A DNA stretch of 64,000 nucleotides from Candidatus Oxydemutatoraceae bacterium (GCA_965218975.1 OZ244717.1:320001-384000), one strand, 5' to 3'; positions 46,391 to 57,522 are shown, counted from the first letter of the stretch. Translations and numbers: made by a program. Notes: generated by a model not told the origin, from the sequence alone.

Positions 46391-48007
46391 ATGTTTTACC
46401 TAGATACGACAACGCCTTTATTTCAAGACAAAGAGAATCAAGACCTGATTACCATATATCAGGCGAGTGTTTGGATATCAAAGCACCTAAACAAAGAAGT
46501 AACCTCCTCCAATATCTCGTATCTAATCCAATACGGAAGGATTGCCAAATATTCGGAGAACGGGACAACCGCGGTCAGTAAAAACGAGCTGGTCAATTAC
46601 TATAAAGGCTTTCTTCAGGACCGGGAAAGTGTTTGGAAGAATAAGCTCGGGGACGACCTAAACTGGAATCTTTCATTCGACTTCCTCAGAGAGAAAGACA
46701 CAACGAAGCATGTGCATCGATTTCATCCCTACAAGGGGAAGTTTATCCCTCAATTAGTTGAGTATTTCTTGGATGGCCACACGGATGAGTTTAAAAAAGA
46801 GGCCTTTTTCCAAACCGGGGATATTGTTTTAGACCCGTTCTGCGGCAGCGGAACAACGCTGGTGCAAGCAAACGAACTCGGAATGCACGCCGTCGGCGTT
46901 GACATTTCAGCTTTCAATACTTTGATTGCCAACGTAAAAATAGCGAAGTATGACCTCAACGAGCTGCGCAACGAACTGAGATGCATAGGCCTTTTACTTC
47001 GGCGGAAAACATACGATTCTCCGAATATTGAGTTTGAAAGAGAATTGTCGGAAGCGTTAAACGTCTTTAATAAAAACAACTTTCCGACACCGGATTTCAA
47101 AAGAAAGCTTCGGGTAAAGGAAATAGATGAAAAAACTTATGCCTGCGAAAAAGAGAAGGAATTTATGCCTGCTTATGACAAATTGGTTAAGAGGCATCGT
47201 ATTCAAATTAAGCAGACTAAAACCGGCCGTTTTACGGACAAGTGGTTTTTGAGGCCCGTAAAGGATGAGATAGAGTTGTTGCTCAAACAAATCAGGGAAG
47301 TCAAGAATGAGCGCATCAGAAAAATCTTGGAAATCGTTTTAAGCAGAACCGTTCGGTCGTGCCGAGCTACGACCCATGCCGACCTGGCCACCTTGAAAGA
47401 GCCCGTAACAAAACCGTATTACTGCAAAAAACACGGCAAGATTTGCAAGCCCTTGTTTTCTGTCCGGTCGTGGTGGAAGAGATACGGTGAGGACACTTTA
47501 ATCAGGATTCAGGCATTTAATACTCTGCGCACTGAAACCAAACAAATCTGCCTGCAGGGAGATTCGAGAACAATAAACTTGATTGATCGCCTGCCGGGGA
47601 AAGAGAAGCGCCTTGCGGGACTTATAAAAAGCAAAGGAATAAACGGCATATTTACCAGTCCTCCTTATGTCGGACTGATTGACTACCACGAACAGCACGC
47701 CTACGCATACGACCTATTTGGCTACAAAAGAAACGACCGGCTTGAAATAGGCCCCCTGTCCGAAGGGCAAGGCGCTATAGCAAGACAAACTTACTCGGAG
47801 TCAATTGCCGAAGTGCTACGAAATTGCAGAAAATACCTTGCGAAGGACTTTAATGTTTTTCTTGTCGCGAATGATAAATACAACTTGTATCCATCAATCG
47901 CCAAACTTGCCGATATGCGCATAGCGAATACGTATAAGCGACCGGTTCTTAACCGAACGGAAAGGGATAAAGGGGCTTATTCGGAGATGATATTTCACTT
48001 GAAATAA
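46391..48007 (+). CDS. Type II DNA methyltransferase (N4-cytosine type) with N-terminal HTH-like region
   Basis: HRFHPYKGKFIPQL, LDPFCGSGTT, FTSPPY. N-terminal ASVWISK..SNISYLIQYGRI. Confidence 0.9.
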   Translation: MFYLDTTTPLFQDKENQDLITIYQASVWISKHLNKEVTSSNISYLIQYGRIAKYSENGTTAVSKNELVNYYKGFLQDRESVWKNKLGDDLNWNLSFDFLREKDTTKHVHRFHPYKGKFIPQLVEYFLDGHTDEFKKEAFFQTGDIVLDPFCGSGTTLVQANELGMHAVGVDISAFNTLIANVKIAKYDLNELRNELRCIGLLLRRKTYDSPNIEFERELSEALNVFNKNNFPTPDFKRKLRVKEIDEKTYACEKEKEFMPAYDKLVKRHRIQIKQTKTGRFTDKWFLRPVKDEIELLLKQIREVKNERIRKILEIVLSRTVRSCRATTHADLATLKEPVTKPYYCKKHGKICKPLFSVRSWWKRYGEDTLIRIQAFNTLRTETKQICLQGDSRTINLIDRLPGKEKRLAGLIKSKGINGIFTSPPYVGLIDYHEQHAYAYDLFGYKRNDRLEIGPLSEGQGAIARQTYSESIAEVLRNCRKYLAKDFNVFLVANDKYNLYPSIAKLADMRIANTYKRPVLNRTERDKGAYSEMIFHLK

Positions 48008-48015
48008 AAAACAGA

Positions 48016-48801
48016 ATGGCACTTGATGAACGACAAATAACAGGAATCGGGGGCACTATAAGGGAAAGCCTAAGGAATAAGCTCAGCAATTATAAACCCG
48101 AGACAAACCACATGCCCTTTCACTACAGATTGATCGGTAAAGACAGAATGGCGTTGTTTTCTTTTATTCACTCTCTGAATACAACCTTCGGAACTTCTAT
48201 CTTTGAACCTGCGGCAGAAGCTTTGGCGAAACCGAACTTCCGGTCCGTAAACAAACAATACGAAGTCGGCAATAAAATCAGCAAACGGTCCCAGTCCGAA
48301 ATTCAGAGCATTATCAATGATCTTACAACCGGAAAAGACCCGGATAAAAAAGCAGAGAGCGAAAGAATAAGAAAAGTATGTAACAGCGGCAGTATGGAAG
48401 AACTACAAACTGTAAAAGTAGATTTATACGCTCAAAGTTTTGACGGAGTAGTCCATTTGTTCAACCTGAAACCCGCCAAACCGAACATTAGCGACTTCAA
48501 AGACTTTAAAAGAACCCTGTTAGAGTGGACTGCAATTTTTCTGGCCAACAATCCACAAGCAAGAGTAAATTCATATATTGCCATCCCCTACAATCCTTAT
48601 GAACCGAAACCTTACGAGAGATGGACCTTAAAAGGAATGCTAGACTTGGAAAATGAACTGAAGGTTGCGGAAGAGTTCTGGGATTTTTTAGGCAGCGAAG
48701 GCACTTACGAGGACTTGCTCGGATGCTTTGAAAAAGTGGGAGTCGGAATGAAGGAAGAGATAAGCGATTATTTCCAGAGATTTAATCAGGTTTTAATATG
48801 A
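48016..48801 (+). CDS. TdeIII/MjaII-family type II restriction endonuclease
   Basis: MPFHYRL.GKDRMALFSFIHSLNTTFG.SIFE, VDL, K.AKPN, IPYNPY, EFWDFLG. Directly after the MTase. Confidence 0.85.
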   Translation: MALDERQITGIGGTIRESLRNKLSNYKPETNHMPFHYRLIGKDRMALFSFIHSLNTTFGTSIFEPAAEALAKPNFRSVNKQYEVGNKISKRSQSEIQSIINDLTTGKDPDKKAESERIRKVCNSGSMEELQTVKVDLYAQSFDGVVHLFNLKPAKPNISDFKDFKRTLLEWTAIFLANNPQARVNSYIAIPYNPYEPKPYERWTLKGMLDLENELKVAEEFWDFLGSEGTYEDLLGCFEKVGVGMKEEISDYFQRFNQVLI

Positions 48802-49047
48802 AAAGGCCAAACCAAAGCGGCCTTGCGGGTAGCCGCCGAAGAATATCCCGCATACCCGGGATACACCGCCGCTTAGTCCATCATGCTAGGAAAGTGCGCA
48901 TAAGGCAAAAATTGCCATTCAAAGATTGCATGGGGCTGTCATAATTTACACACTTGATGTCGCGCGGGTGTCCTCCGCGGGATTGATCCGACCGCGAGGC
49001 AAAGTCAGGCTCCTGCGGGAGCTTCAAAGCAGCCGAGACACAACGGA

Positions 49048-49641
49048 TCAGCAATTCTTAAAGTTCTTCTTAATACATTCGCGAGCAAGGTCTTGCGCTT
49101 TAGAGATATCGGCAGAGGTCATTTTTTTTGCCATCGTCTCTCTTAATTTTCTTCCGTCCTCAGCCCCGTTTGCGGAAGCGATGTTCGCCCACATATGGGC
49201 ATAAACATTATCCTTTATTAACCCCCGACCTAAAGCATACATCAAACCCAGATTATTTTGCGCGGACGCATGTCTCTGTCCGGCGGCGAGCCTGTACCAT
49301 TTCACTGCCTCGCGATAATCTTGAGGAACACCGTCTCCGTTGCGATACATCACACCCAGACTGTGCTGCGCGTCCGCATGTCCCTGTTCGGCGGCGAGCC
49401 TGTACCATTTCACTGCTTGCCGACCGTCTTGAGGAACACCGTGTCCGTTGTCATACATCACACCCAGATTGTACTGCGCGGACGCATGTCCCTGTTCGGC
49501 GAGAGGCATCCACTTTTGCAGGGCGGTCGCAAAGTCTCGTTTTAGAGCGACATCCAACCCTTTCTGAAAATCAGCAGAATAGGCAAACGACCCGAATAAG
49601 AGTGCGAACAGTAAAATAGAAATGATAGACAGAGTTCTCAT
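49048..49641 (-). CDS. Secreted Sel1-repeat protein (3 repeats)
   Basis: Signal peptide ending AYSA; 36-aa repeats of the form AQYNLGVMY.NG.GVPQD...AVKWYRLAAEQG. Confidence 0.93.
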   Translation of the reverse strand: MRTLSIISILLFALLFGSFAYSADFQKGLDVALKRDFATALQKWMPLAEQGHASAQYNLGVMYDNGHGVPQDGRQAVKWYRLAAEQGHADAQHSLGVMYRNGDGVPQDYREAVKWYRLAAGQRHASAQNNLGLMYALGRGLIKDNVYAHMWANIASANGAEDGRKLRETMAKKMTSADISKAQDLARECIKKNFKNC

Positions 49642-49802
49642 CCTTGGATTGTAATCCGAATAATGTTAACGGCGAAAAGATTGTATGGAGCCGCTGTAGT
49701 TTACACACTCGGTGTTGCGCGGGTGTCCTCTGCGGGATTGACCCGCCCGCGAGGCAAAGTCAGGCTCCTGCGGGAGCTTCAAAGCAGCCGAGACACAACG
49801 GG

Positions 49803-50720
49803 TCAACAATTCTCAAAGTTCTTTACGATGCATTCGCGAGCAAGGTCTTGCGCTTTGGAGATATCGGCAGGGATCATTTGTTCCGCCATTATCTCTTTTA
49901 ATTTTTCGCCGCTTTCATCGCCGTTGATGGAGCCGATGCTTCCCCACATATAAGCATAAATATTATCTTTTGATAACCCTTTACCCAGAGCGTACATCAG
50001 GCCAAGTTTGGTCTGTGCTCTCGCATCCCCCTGTTCGGCAGCGAGTTGGTACCACTTTACCGCTTGCCGATTATCTTGGGGAATGCCGTCTCCGTTATAG
50101 TACATTGATGCAATATTGTACTGTGCCTTTGCATGCCCCTGTTCGGCGGCAAGTTGGTACCACTTTGCTGCTTGCCGACTGTCTTGAGAAATGCCGTCGC
50201 CGTTGTGATACATCACTGCCAGATTGGTCTGTGCGGTAACTCGTCCCTGTTCGGCGGCTAACCTGTACCATTTCACTGCTTGTCGACTGTCTTGAGGAAT
50301 GCCGTCGCCGTTGTCGTACATCAACGCCAGATTAGTCTGTGCTAGCCCTTCTCCTTGTTCAGCAGCTCGCTCGTACCACCTCATCGCCTCGCGATAATCT
50401 TGAGGAACACCGTCGCCGTTGTAGTACATCCATGCCAGATTGGTCTGCGCTTTTACGTCTCCTTGTTCGGCGGCGAGCCTGTACCATTTCACTGCTTGCC
50501 GATCGTCTTGAGGAACGCCGTCGCCGTTGTCGTACATCACGCCCAGATTGCACTGAGCCCTTGCATCTCCCTGCTCGGCGAGAGGCATCCACTCTTGCAG
50601 GGCGGTCGCAAAGTCTCGTTTTAGAGCGGCATCCAACCCTTTCTGAAAATCAGCGGAGTAAGCGGACACACCAAACAGGAGCGTATGCAGTAAAACAGAA
50701 ACGACAAACAGAGATTTCAT
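49803..50720 (-). CDS. Secreted Sel1-repeat protein (6 repeats)
   Basis: Paralogue of 49048-49641, longer by 108 aa (three Sel1 repeats). Confidence 0.93.
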   Translation of the reverse strand: MKSLFVVSVLLHTLLFGVSAYSADFQKGLDAALKRDFATALQEWMPLAEQGDARAQCNLGVMYDNGDGVPQDDRQAVKWYRLAAEQGDVKAQTNLAWMYYNGDGVPQDYREAMRWYERAAEQGEGLAQTNLALMYDNGDGIPQDSRQAVKWYRLAAEQGRVTAQTNLAVMYHNGDGISQDSRQAAKWYQLAAEQGHAKAQYNIASMYYNGDGIPQDNRQAVKWYQLAAEQGDARAQTKLGLMYALGKGLSKDNIYAYMWGSIGSINGDESGEKLKEIMAEQMIPADISKAQDLARECIVKNFENC

Positions 50721-51071
50721 ACTCGCATTGTAATCAAATAATTTTTGAACTGTAAAGAAATTGTATAGGCCCGCTATATATCACGCTTAAGTGAATTTTT
50801 TTTATCAATGACACGATATGAATTTGAATTTATACACCTTTTTCTAATAATACGGCCTTTTTCATATAAAAATGATTGACATCAGGAATAGCGGCTTCCG
50901 GAAAAATGAGTCGCTTTCATCGCCAACATGAGCCGTCTAAGAAAGCCGGAACTTGAACGACGTCAGAGCGGCGACGCCCTTACAAACACCGAAGAGTTTG
51001 TAGACTTGATATATAGCAATTCCATCAAACAGATCGTTAAATTTCGTTGATAAGCGACCTGGTTTCTATAA

Positions 51072-54000
51072 TCACCTTTCCCCGATACGCAATAAACAGG
51101 GTAACAGCACTAGCGTAAATAAAGTGCTCAGCAGCAATCCGCCCACAATCACCGTCGCTAACCCGCGATAGAGTTCGGCGCCGGCGCCGAATGCCATCAG
51201 CAATGGGAGCATGCCGAATAAACTGGTCAATGTGCTCATTAGAATAGGGCGCAGACGCAAACGAATCGCCTGCCGTACCGCATCGCAACGATTGCAACCG
51301 CCGCGTTCCGCCTGACGTGTTTGATGCACTAGCAAAATGGCATTATTCACAACCAAACCCAACAGGATGATAAGACCGATCATCGTCAACAAATCCATCG
51401 GCTGAAATGTGATGAAATTGACAATTCTTAACAAAATCACACCGCCGACAGTTGCCAGCGGTAAAACAATCACTACGAATAAGCTATCGCGGAAAGAACG
51501 GAATAACACCGCCATCAGCAAATACAGAATTAAGACCGCCAGTGCAAATGCTTGCGACATACCGGATAGGGCCACTTTTAATTTATCTGCGCTTCCGGTA
51601 TATGTAATTTCCCCGTCCTCAGGCAATTGTTCGCGCAGAATCGGCTCGACTCTTTCGCGCAACAATTTCGCCGTTACTTCAAGCGGTAAAAACGGCGGCG
51701 AAATCACTTCCAATGTAACGGTGCGACGTCGGTCAAGGCGACGAATGCGATTGGGGCCTGCGGTTCGGCTGATTGTAACCAGCTCGCCAAGCGGTACGGT
51801 CCCGGCATTTGGCGTCGCCAACGGAACTGCTGCCAATTCCTCAGGAGTTTTCCAACCGCTGATTCTACCGATAACATCAATCTTCTTGTCGCCGTCAAAG
51901 TAATCGGTAATAAACAAACCGTCGCCGATCATACGAGTGAGCAGTCCCATTGTCGTATAATCCCACCCCACCTCGACAATCCGCTCTTCGCGGGGAAGCA
52001 GCGAAATCTGAGATTCCGCCAGTTCGAGTCCCGGTTTCGGGTTGACTCTTGCACCGGGGACCTCGCGCATGATTAGACCATAACCGGTATATGCGGCTTG
52101 CAATAAACTCTCAATATCGCGCGTTTGTAAGTTCACCTCAACGCTACGAGTGTTCCCTTGACTGAATAAAGATGCGATTCGCGCAAATGAGAATGTGTCA
52201 GGGAAATCACGAAATACATTCCCGATAATTGATGATAGTTGTTTCACTTGACTCGGTATTCGCGCGACCGCGCCCATGAATGCCCCATTGGCAAAGGCGA
52301 CAAAAAAATAATGTCGTATCGCGGGTTGTTTGTCGCCGATAACATGCGGCTGTAATTGTTGCGTAACAACCTCCCCCATTTCTTTTTCCAGCGTTGCAAG
52401 ATTCATCCCCGGTGGCGTCAGTAGAAATGCAAAAACCAAATTGCGATTACCCGCGGGCAAATAATCAGCTTTAGGCAGCAATAACCCCGTCAGAACGACC
52501 GGCATTAGAAATAACCCGGCAATTAAAATATGTCTGTGTGTCTTCGCCGCGGTCAAGCGCATCAAGTGTTCCGTAATTCGGTCCCAAACTTTTGCGAATA
52601 AATCCGTATTGCACTCTTTATGCAACCACTCCTTGCTCATCGCCGGAACTAAAATCAGTGCAGCAACCATTGAAGCGGTGACCGCTGCCGACAGCCCGAC
52701 GGCAAGATCGGCAAACAATTGCCCGGCCTCGTCCTCCAACAAAATAATCGGCAGAAAAACCGCCACAGTGGTAATGGTTGATGCGATCAACGCAACCTTG
52801 ATTTGATCGCTGCCTTCAACCGCCGCTTCGCGCAAGCCACGCCCCGCTTCACGCAAACGCAAAATATTTTCAATCGCAATAATTGACGCATCCAGCACCA
52901 TGCCGACTGCTAACGCCAATGCCGCCAGCGAAATCACATTGAGCGTGCGTCCGGTAATTTGTAATACAATCAATGCGGCAAATAGCGAGATAGGAATGCT
53001 AACGGCAACGATCAAAACCGTACGCACACGGCGGGTGAACCACCACAATATCGCACCGGCGAGCACAATGCCAAGCAACAAGTTCGTCAATAACACTTCA
53101 ATCGACTTCTCGATATAAATCGTCTCGTCGTACACTTGCTCCATTTCGAGTCCGACACGTTTGAGCGGGCCTTCTGCCAATGCGTTTGCCACCTCCCGCA
53201 AACGCGCCATCACCTCGATGACATTCACACCGACTTCACGGTACGCATTGACCGCTAACGACCCCTCGCCATTGTTGATTACAAATGATTGACGGTCTTC
53301 ATAATCCGGACGAATATCGGCTATATCGCGTAAACGTACGGGTCTTCCGTCGCGCCATTCCAGAATCATTTCCGATAAACCGACGATATCAAACGCGCCT
53401 TCAAAGCGAATCGTATAACTCCGCCTGCCGATATCTTCCGTTCCGCCGGAAATATTTTCTTGTCCGGTAATCATCCGTGCCGCCCGCGGTAGGTCTATAC
53501 CCAAACCGGCCGCTTTATAAGGGTCCACGGAGATTCGAATTTCCTGCTCCAAACCGCCGCGCACTTCAGATTGCGAAATTCCCCATACCCGTTCAAACCG
53601 AGATTGCACCACTTCTTCGACAAATCGTTTGTACTCCGCAATGTTTTTGTCGTTACCGTGTATCGGCTTGATAATAAACCAAGCGATCGGACGTGCCGCT
53701 TCGCCGACAGTGCTTAATATCGGTTCGTCGGCATCAACCGGATAGTCCGCCACTCGATTCAAGCGATTGAGCACTTCAATCAACGCACGTTCGATGCTGT
53801 AACCTAAATCAAATGTCAAAGTAACAGAACCTTGACCACGGCTTGCTTCCGAAAGCATCGATACGACTCCCGGCAGTCCTTTTAACGCATCTTCTTGCGG
53901 CTCAATAATTTCAGACTCGATTTCTTCAGGCGCCGCCGCGCGCCAAGTCGTTGTAATAGTAATCTCAGGCTTAATAATTTCCGGAGTGAGCTGAATCGGT

Positions 54001-54095
54001 AATTTAAGCAACATTACAATCCCAAAGGTCATCACTAACAAGAGGATGACATATCCCATAATCGGATTGTCTATTACCGTACGCGTCAGCTTCAT
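51072..54095 (-). CDS. RND efflux transporter permease (AcrB/CzcA family)
   Basis: LPIQLTP, IPISL, LNVISL, GMVLDA..ENI, GLVVNNAIL, RLRPILMSTLT. Confidence 0.95.
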   Translation of the reverse strand: MKLTRTVIDNPIMGYVILLLVMTFGIVMLLKLPIQLTPEIIKPEITITTTWRAAAPEEIESEIIEPQEDALKGLPGVVSMLSEASRGQGSVTLTFDLGYSIERALIEVLNRLNRVADYPVDADEPILSTVGEAARPIAWFIIKPIHGNDKNIAEYKRFVEEVVQSRFERVWGISQSEVRGGLEQEIRISVDPYKAAGLGIDLPRAARMITGQENISGGTEDIGRRSYTIRFEGAFDIVGLSEMILEWRDGRPVRLRDIADIRPDYEDRQSFVINNGEGSLAVNAYREVGVNVIEVMARLREVANALAEGPLKRVGLEMEQVYDETIYIEKSIEVLLTNLLLGIVLAGAILWWFTRRVRTVLIVAVSIPISLFAALIVLQITGRTLNVISLAALALAVGMVLDASIIAIENILRLREAGRGLREAAVEGSDQIKVALIASTITTVAVFLPIILLEDEAGQLFADLAVGLSAAVTASMVAALILVPAMSKEWLHKECNTDLFAKVWDRITEHLMRLTAAKTHRHILIAGLFLMPVVLTGLLLPKADYLPAGNRNLVFAFLLTPPGMNLATLEKEMGEVVTQQLQPHVIGDKQPAIRHYFFVAFANGAFMGAVARIPSQVKQLSSIIGNVFRDFPDTFSFARIASLFSQGNTRSVEVNLQTRDIESLLQAAYTGYGLIMREVPGARVNPKPGLELAESQISLLPREERIVEVGWDYTTMGLLTRMIGDGLFITDYFDGDKKIDVIGRISGWKTPEELAAVPLATPNAGTVPLGELVTISRTAGPNRIRRLDRRRTVTLEVISPPFLPLEVTAKLLRERVEPILREQLPEDGEITYTGSADKLKVALSGMSQAFALAVLILYLLMAVLFRSFRDSLFVVIVLPLATVGGVILLRIVNFITFQPMDLLTMIGLIILLGLVVNNAILLVHQTRQAERGGCNRCDAVRQAIRLRLRPILMSTLTSLFGMLPLLMAFGAGAELYRGLATVIVGGLLLSTLFTLVLLPCLLRIGER

Positions 54096-55228
54096 TGACG
54101 TGACTTCAAAGATGGCTGGGAATCGCCTTGCGGCGCATGAAGCGGCCGTACCGACATCCCTTCGCGTACCCGCTCGGCGCCGCGAATAATCACTTGGTCG
54201 CCGATTTTTAATGTGCTGTTGCGCACTTCAATCAAACCATCGCTGGTGGATACTCCGACTTGTACCGGCACACGTTGCGCCATCTGATCACGAGTCACTC
54301 TCATCACGCTCATCCCGGTGTTGCGAATAACCAATGCATCTTCCGGTACTACCAAACTATTGCGCGGCGATGAAATCGGTACTGCAACGCGCACCAACTG
54401 CCGAGCATAACCCGTCGGTATTATCCAATCCAAACGCAACTCAAACAGCCGCGATACGCTGTCGGCAACCGGCACAACGGTGCGCAGATTTGCTTGTTGA
54501 GCTTGCCCGTTGACCTCGATTATCAACAGGTCGCCTACGGCAACTTGCGATAGGATGTAGGCAGGGACCGATGTTGTAATTTCCAAACTCTGCGGGTCTG
54601 TCAATGCGACAATTTCATCTCCCGCCGACACCCATTCGCCTTCTTCCGCGTGCCTTTCGTTAATCACTCCGTCAAACGGCGCAACAATGCTCATCCGGCG
54701 AAGTAATTCATCCGTCCGTGCCACTCTTGCTTGGTTTGCCGCATACATTGCTCTAGTCGCATCCAAATCGGCCTGCATCTGTTCAAGCCGGCTTAAAGCC
54801 GCATTGTTATTTTTCGCAAGTTCGTTAAGACGCCCAACTTCCCTATTCAGAAATCCGATGCTTGCTTGCAGGCTAACACTTTCCGCTTTCTGCGCGATCA
54901 ATTCTTGTTGCAACAATGCATCGTCAAGCCGCACGATGACTTCACCGCGCTTAAAGTAATCGCCAACTTCCGGTACCGCGATAATCCGCCCGGCATTTTC
55001 AGCAGCGATGTCAGCGTGATTGCGACTTATCACACTGCCGCTAAACCATAATTGTTCGCGTAATTCCTGCTGTTGCACCGGAGCAAGAATTACCGGCATT
55101 GAGGGGACTGCCCCGCCGGGCGGTCCTCCCGGCAGTTGCGCGACACTCGACGCTACCGTAAACAACAGCGCCACACAAATCATGCCTGCTGCCGACACAC
55201 TCAACTTTACTTTTAATATTATTGACAA
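54092..55228 (-). CDS. RND periplasmic adaptor (membrane fusion protein)
   Basis: N-terminal TM/signal, lipoyl halves (GRII..GD; IVAPFDGVI), coiled coil, LVVPEDAL. Confidence 0.93.
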   Translation of the reverse strand: MSIILKVKLSVSAAGMICVALLFTVASSVAQLPGGPPGGAVPSMPVILAPVQQQELREQLWFSGSVISRNHADIAAENAGRIIAVPEVGDYFKRGEVIVRLDDALLQQELIAQKAESVSLQASIGFLNREVGRLNELAKNNNAALSRLEQMQADLDATRAMYAANQARVARTDELLRRMSIVAPFDGVINERHAEEGEWVSAGDEIVALTDPQSLEITTSVPAYILSQVAVGDLLIIEVNGQAQQANLRTVVPVADSVSRLFELRLDWIIPTGYARQLVRVAVPISSPRNSLVVPEDALVIRNTGMSVMRVTRDQMAQRVPVQVGVSTSDGLIEVRNSTLKIGDQVIIRGAERVREGMSVRPLHAPQGDSQPSLKSRQ

Positions 55229-55347
55229 CTTACCCTTTGCGTTATTTGCTTATAGTTTAAACCAAGATCGGACTGTACTCGTTCCTTAGCGGAAGAATAA
55301 AATTTTCGACTTAGAATCGGGGCGCTGCCGCCGCAATCCGCGCACTT

Positions 55348-56097
55348 TTACCAGTAAGCTTCAACCGTGATGTGTCCTGGCGTGCGTCGCCGATTTCTCT
55401 CTAACCCCTTCTTGCGCAGAACAGTCATGGTGTCTTTTACCATATCCGGATTGCCGCAAAGCATCACCTGCGAATCTGCCGTATTGAACCGGCAGCCGGT
55501 TCCCGCTTCCAGCGAACCATTCCGAATCGCCGCGGGGATTCTTCCCGGCAAAGCGAAGTCGCTTTGTTCACGACTAACAAAATGTACCAATGTGAACTGA
55601 TTCGGGTGTTGCGCGGCAAACTGCCGAAGAATGTCGCGGTAAGAGGCTTCTTTAATCATTCTTACCGCATGGATAAGAATCACTTTCTCAAACCTTTGCC
55701 ATGGCGTTGCAGTTTTGAGTATGGATAAAAATGGCCCTATTCCCGTGCCGGTCGAAATTAACCAAAGATGCTTGCCGTGCGGAATTTCATCAAGAACTAA
55801 AAAACCGACGGGCGATTTCGCGACCAAGACCGAATCGCCGGATTGTAATTCGGCAAGCTTTGAAGACAAGCGGCCGGCGGAAACGACAATGGAATAAAAC
55901 TCTTTGATCGGATCGCCCGGTGCATTGACATATGAATAGGGGCGAGCCACCTGCTCTCCGTCAATCATCAACGCCAATTTGCCGAACTGTCCCGCTTGGA
56001 ACAGATCGGTTTCCACATCCACACGCAGCGAATACAACCGATTTGTCCAGTGTTTATTCTCGACAACTGTTCCTTCCGCATACTTTGCATTGACCAT
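55348..56097 (-). CDS. fpr: Ferredoxin-NADP+ reductase
   Basis: FQAGQF, RPYS, STGTGIGPF, MLCGNPDM, C-terminal EAYW. Confidence 0.93.
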   Translation of the reverse strand: MVNAKYAEGTVVENKHWTNRLYSLRVDVETDLFQAGQFGKLALMIDGEQVARPYSYVNAPGDPIKEFYSIVVSAGRLSSKLAELQSGDSVLVAKSPVGFLVLDEIPHGKHLWLISTGTGIGPFLSILKTATPWQRFEKVILIHAVRMIKEASYRDILRQFAAQHPNQFTLVHFVSREQSDFALPGRIPAAIRNGSLEAGTGCRFNTADSQVMLCGNPDMVKDTMTVLRKKGLERNRRRTPGHITVEAYW

Positions 56098-56482
56098 TTC
56101 TTTGTACCGATATTTTTTAAAAACGCATTGTAGTGCAGAATAAATTACCTGTCTTTATTACTTAAGGATGAACATACGTTATAGATCAATCGGGTGGATA
56201 CGGCGTTAGTTGCCGAGCATAATAATCATTGATTGACGTAGAGATTTTTTCTATAGTACCCGTTACGATTACAATTGTTTGCAAAGGAGAAACGAATGGA
56301 TATCTATCGCATCACCGCTATTATCGTTGGTCTGTTTATAATGGGCCTTGCGGTGTATATGGGCATGCACTAAACGCCGCGCTTAATCAATCGCAACCCA
56401 ATCGCGACCGCTGGTTACCTGCTTCGCAACCGTTTATCGGTTGAGCTGCCGTCTGTTCCGCCATCTCTGGTAAAACACCCGA

Positions 56483-57019
56483 ATGATGGCATGGCGGCAC
56501 GCAACACTTGGCTTCACTCTGGTAGAACTATTAATTACATTGACTCTGATCGCAATTGCATTAAACGGTGCGGTATACGGCTACCGTGACTGGCAGAAAC
56601 GCACTTTGATTAGCGAACACTTAAACTTGTGGGTCAAGACTTTGCGCTTTGCTCGCAATTATGCGTTAATTTCAGGTAACGCAACGGTTCTTTGTCCGAG
56701 CTCAAGCATTGTCGGATGTAATGGGAACGATTATGCAAAAGGCTGGTTGGTCTTTGCAGAAAATTCTCATGGCGACGCGGGACGCTACGACAGCGAAGAT
56801 CGCATCATTGCTCGCTCGGATGCTTGGCATTCCTCGCTAACATTACATAGCAATTTTAAAACGCCGGTGCGGTTTAACTCTTCGGGCAGAACCAATGCCA
56901 ACGGGCGGTTTGTCCTCTGCATTGATCATGACCCCGGATTAATGCGCGGAATCTTTTTGATTCGTTCCGGACGGCTGCGTTTGACACGAAGCGGCGAACT
57001 CAACGAGTGTTTATCGTGA
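56483..57019 (+). CDS. fimT: Type IV minor pilin FimT/FimU
   Basis: Prepilin motif G|FTLVELL, ARNYA, VLCPS..C, GWLVF. Confidence 0.85.
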   Translation: MMAWRHATLGFTLVELLITLTLIAIALNGAVYGYRDWQKRTLISEHLNLWVKTLRFARNYALISGNATVLCPSSSIVGCNGNDYAKGWLVFAENSHGDAGRYDSEDRIIARSDAWHSSLTLHSNFKTPVRFNSSGRTNANGRFVLCIDHDPGLMRGIFLIRSGRLRLTRSGELNECLS

Positions 57020-57522
57020 CGAACACGGCAAACCGCTTGCAGAAATCAACATGCGGATTTGCTTTAGTGGAATTGCTGATCACTATTTTACTGCTAACGG
57101 TCGGTGTACTCGGCACTTTACATTTGCAACAATACGCCGCCATGATAGAGCGTGATCTGCAATATCGCATTCGCGCAAGCGCCTTAATCGAAGACATCGT
57201 CCGCAAGATGGATGCGGCAGAACATCATGCCGATAATTTTTTAACCGGTTTCGGCGCACCGCCCGCAACTACTAATTGCTGGCAAACAAACTGCGGAGAA
57301 ACTCAACGTCACCGCTTTCATCTCGCTCATTGGAAATGCCGCTTAGGGAGATGGCAAAATACAAGCGTTTGCCGCACCCGACTTCGCACTCGCGGATTAC
57401 TGCCTTACGGTGACGGTGAAATTCAACGCGGCCATCAAACCTTGCGCATTGCCGTGCGCTGGCATGACAGTCGCCAACAGATACAAACACTGACCCACCA
57501 TTATGTTCCGTTACATCCTTAG
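57007..57522 (+). CDS. pilV: Type IV minor pilin PilV
   Basis: G|FALVELLI..GVLG, LPYGDG; gene order. Confidence 0.8.
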   Translation: MFIVTNTANRLQKSTCGFALVELLITILLLTVGVLGTLHLQQYAAMIERDLQYRIRASALIEDIVRKMDAAEHHADNFLTGFGAPPATTNCWQTNCGETQRHRFHLAHWKCRLGRWQNTSVCRTRLRTRGLLPYGDGEIQRGHQTLRIAVRWHDSRQQIQTLTHHYVPLHP

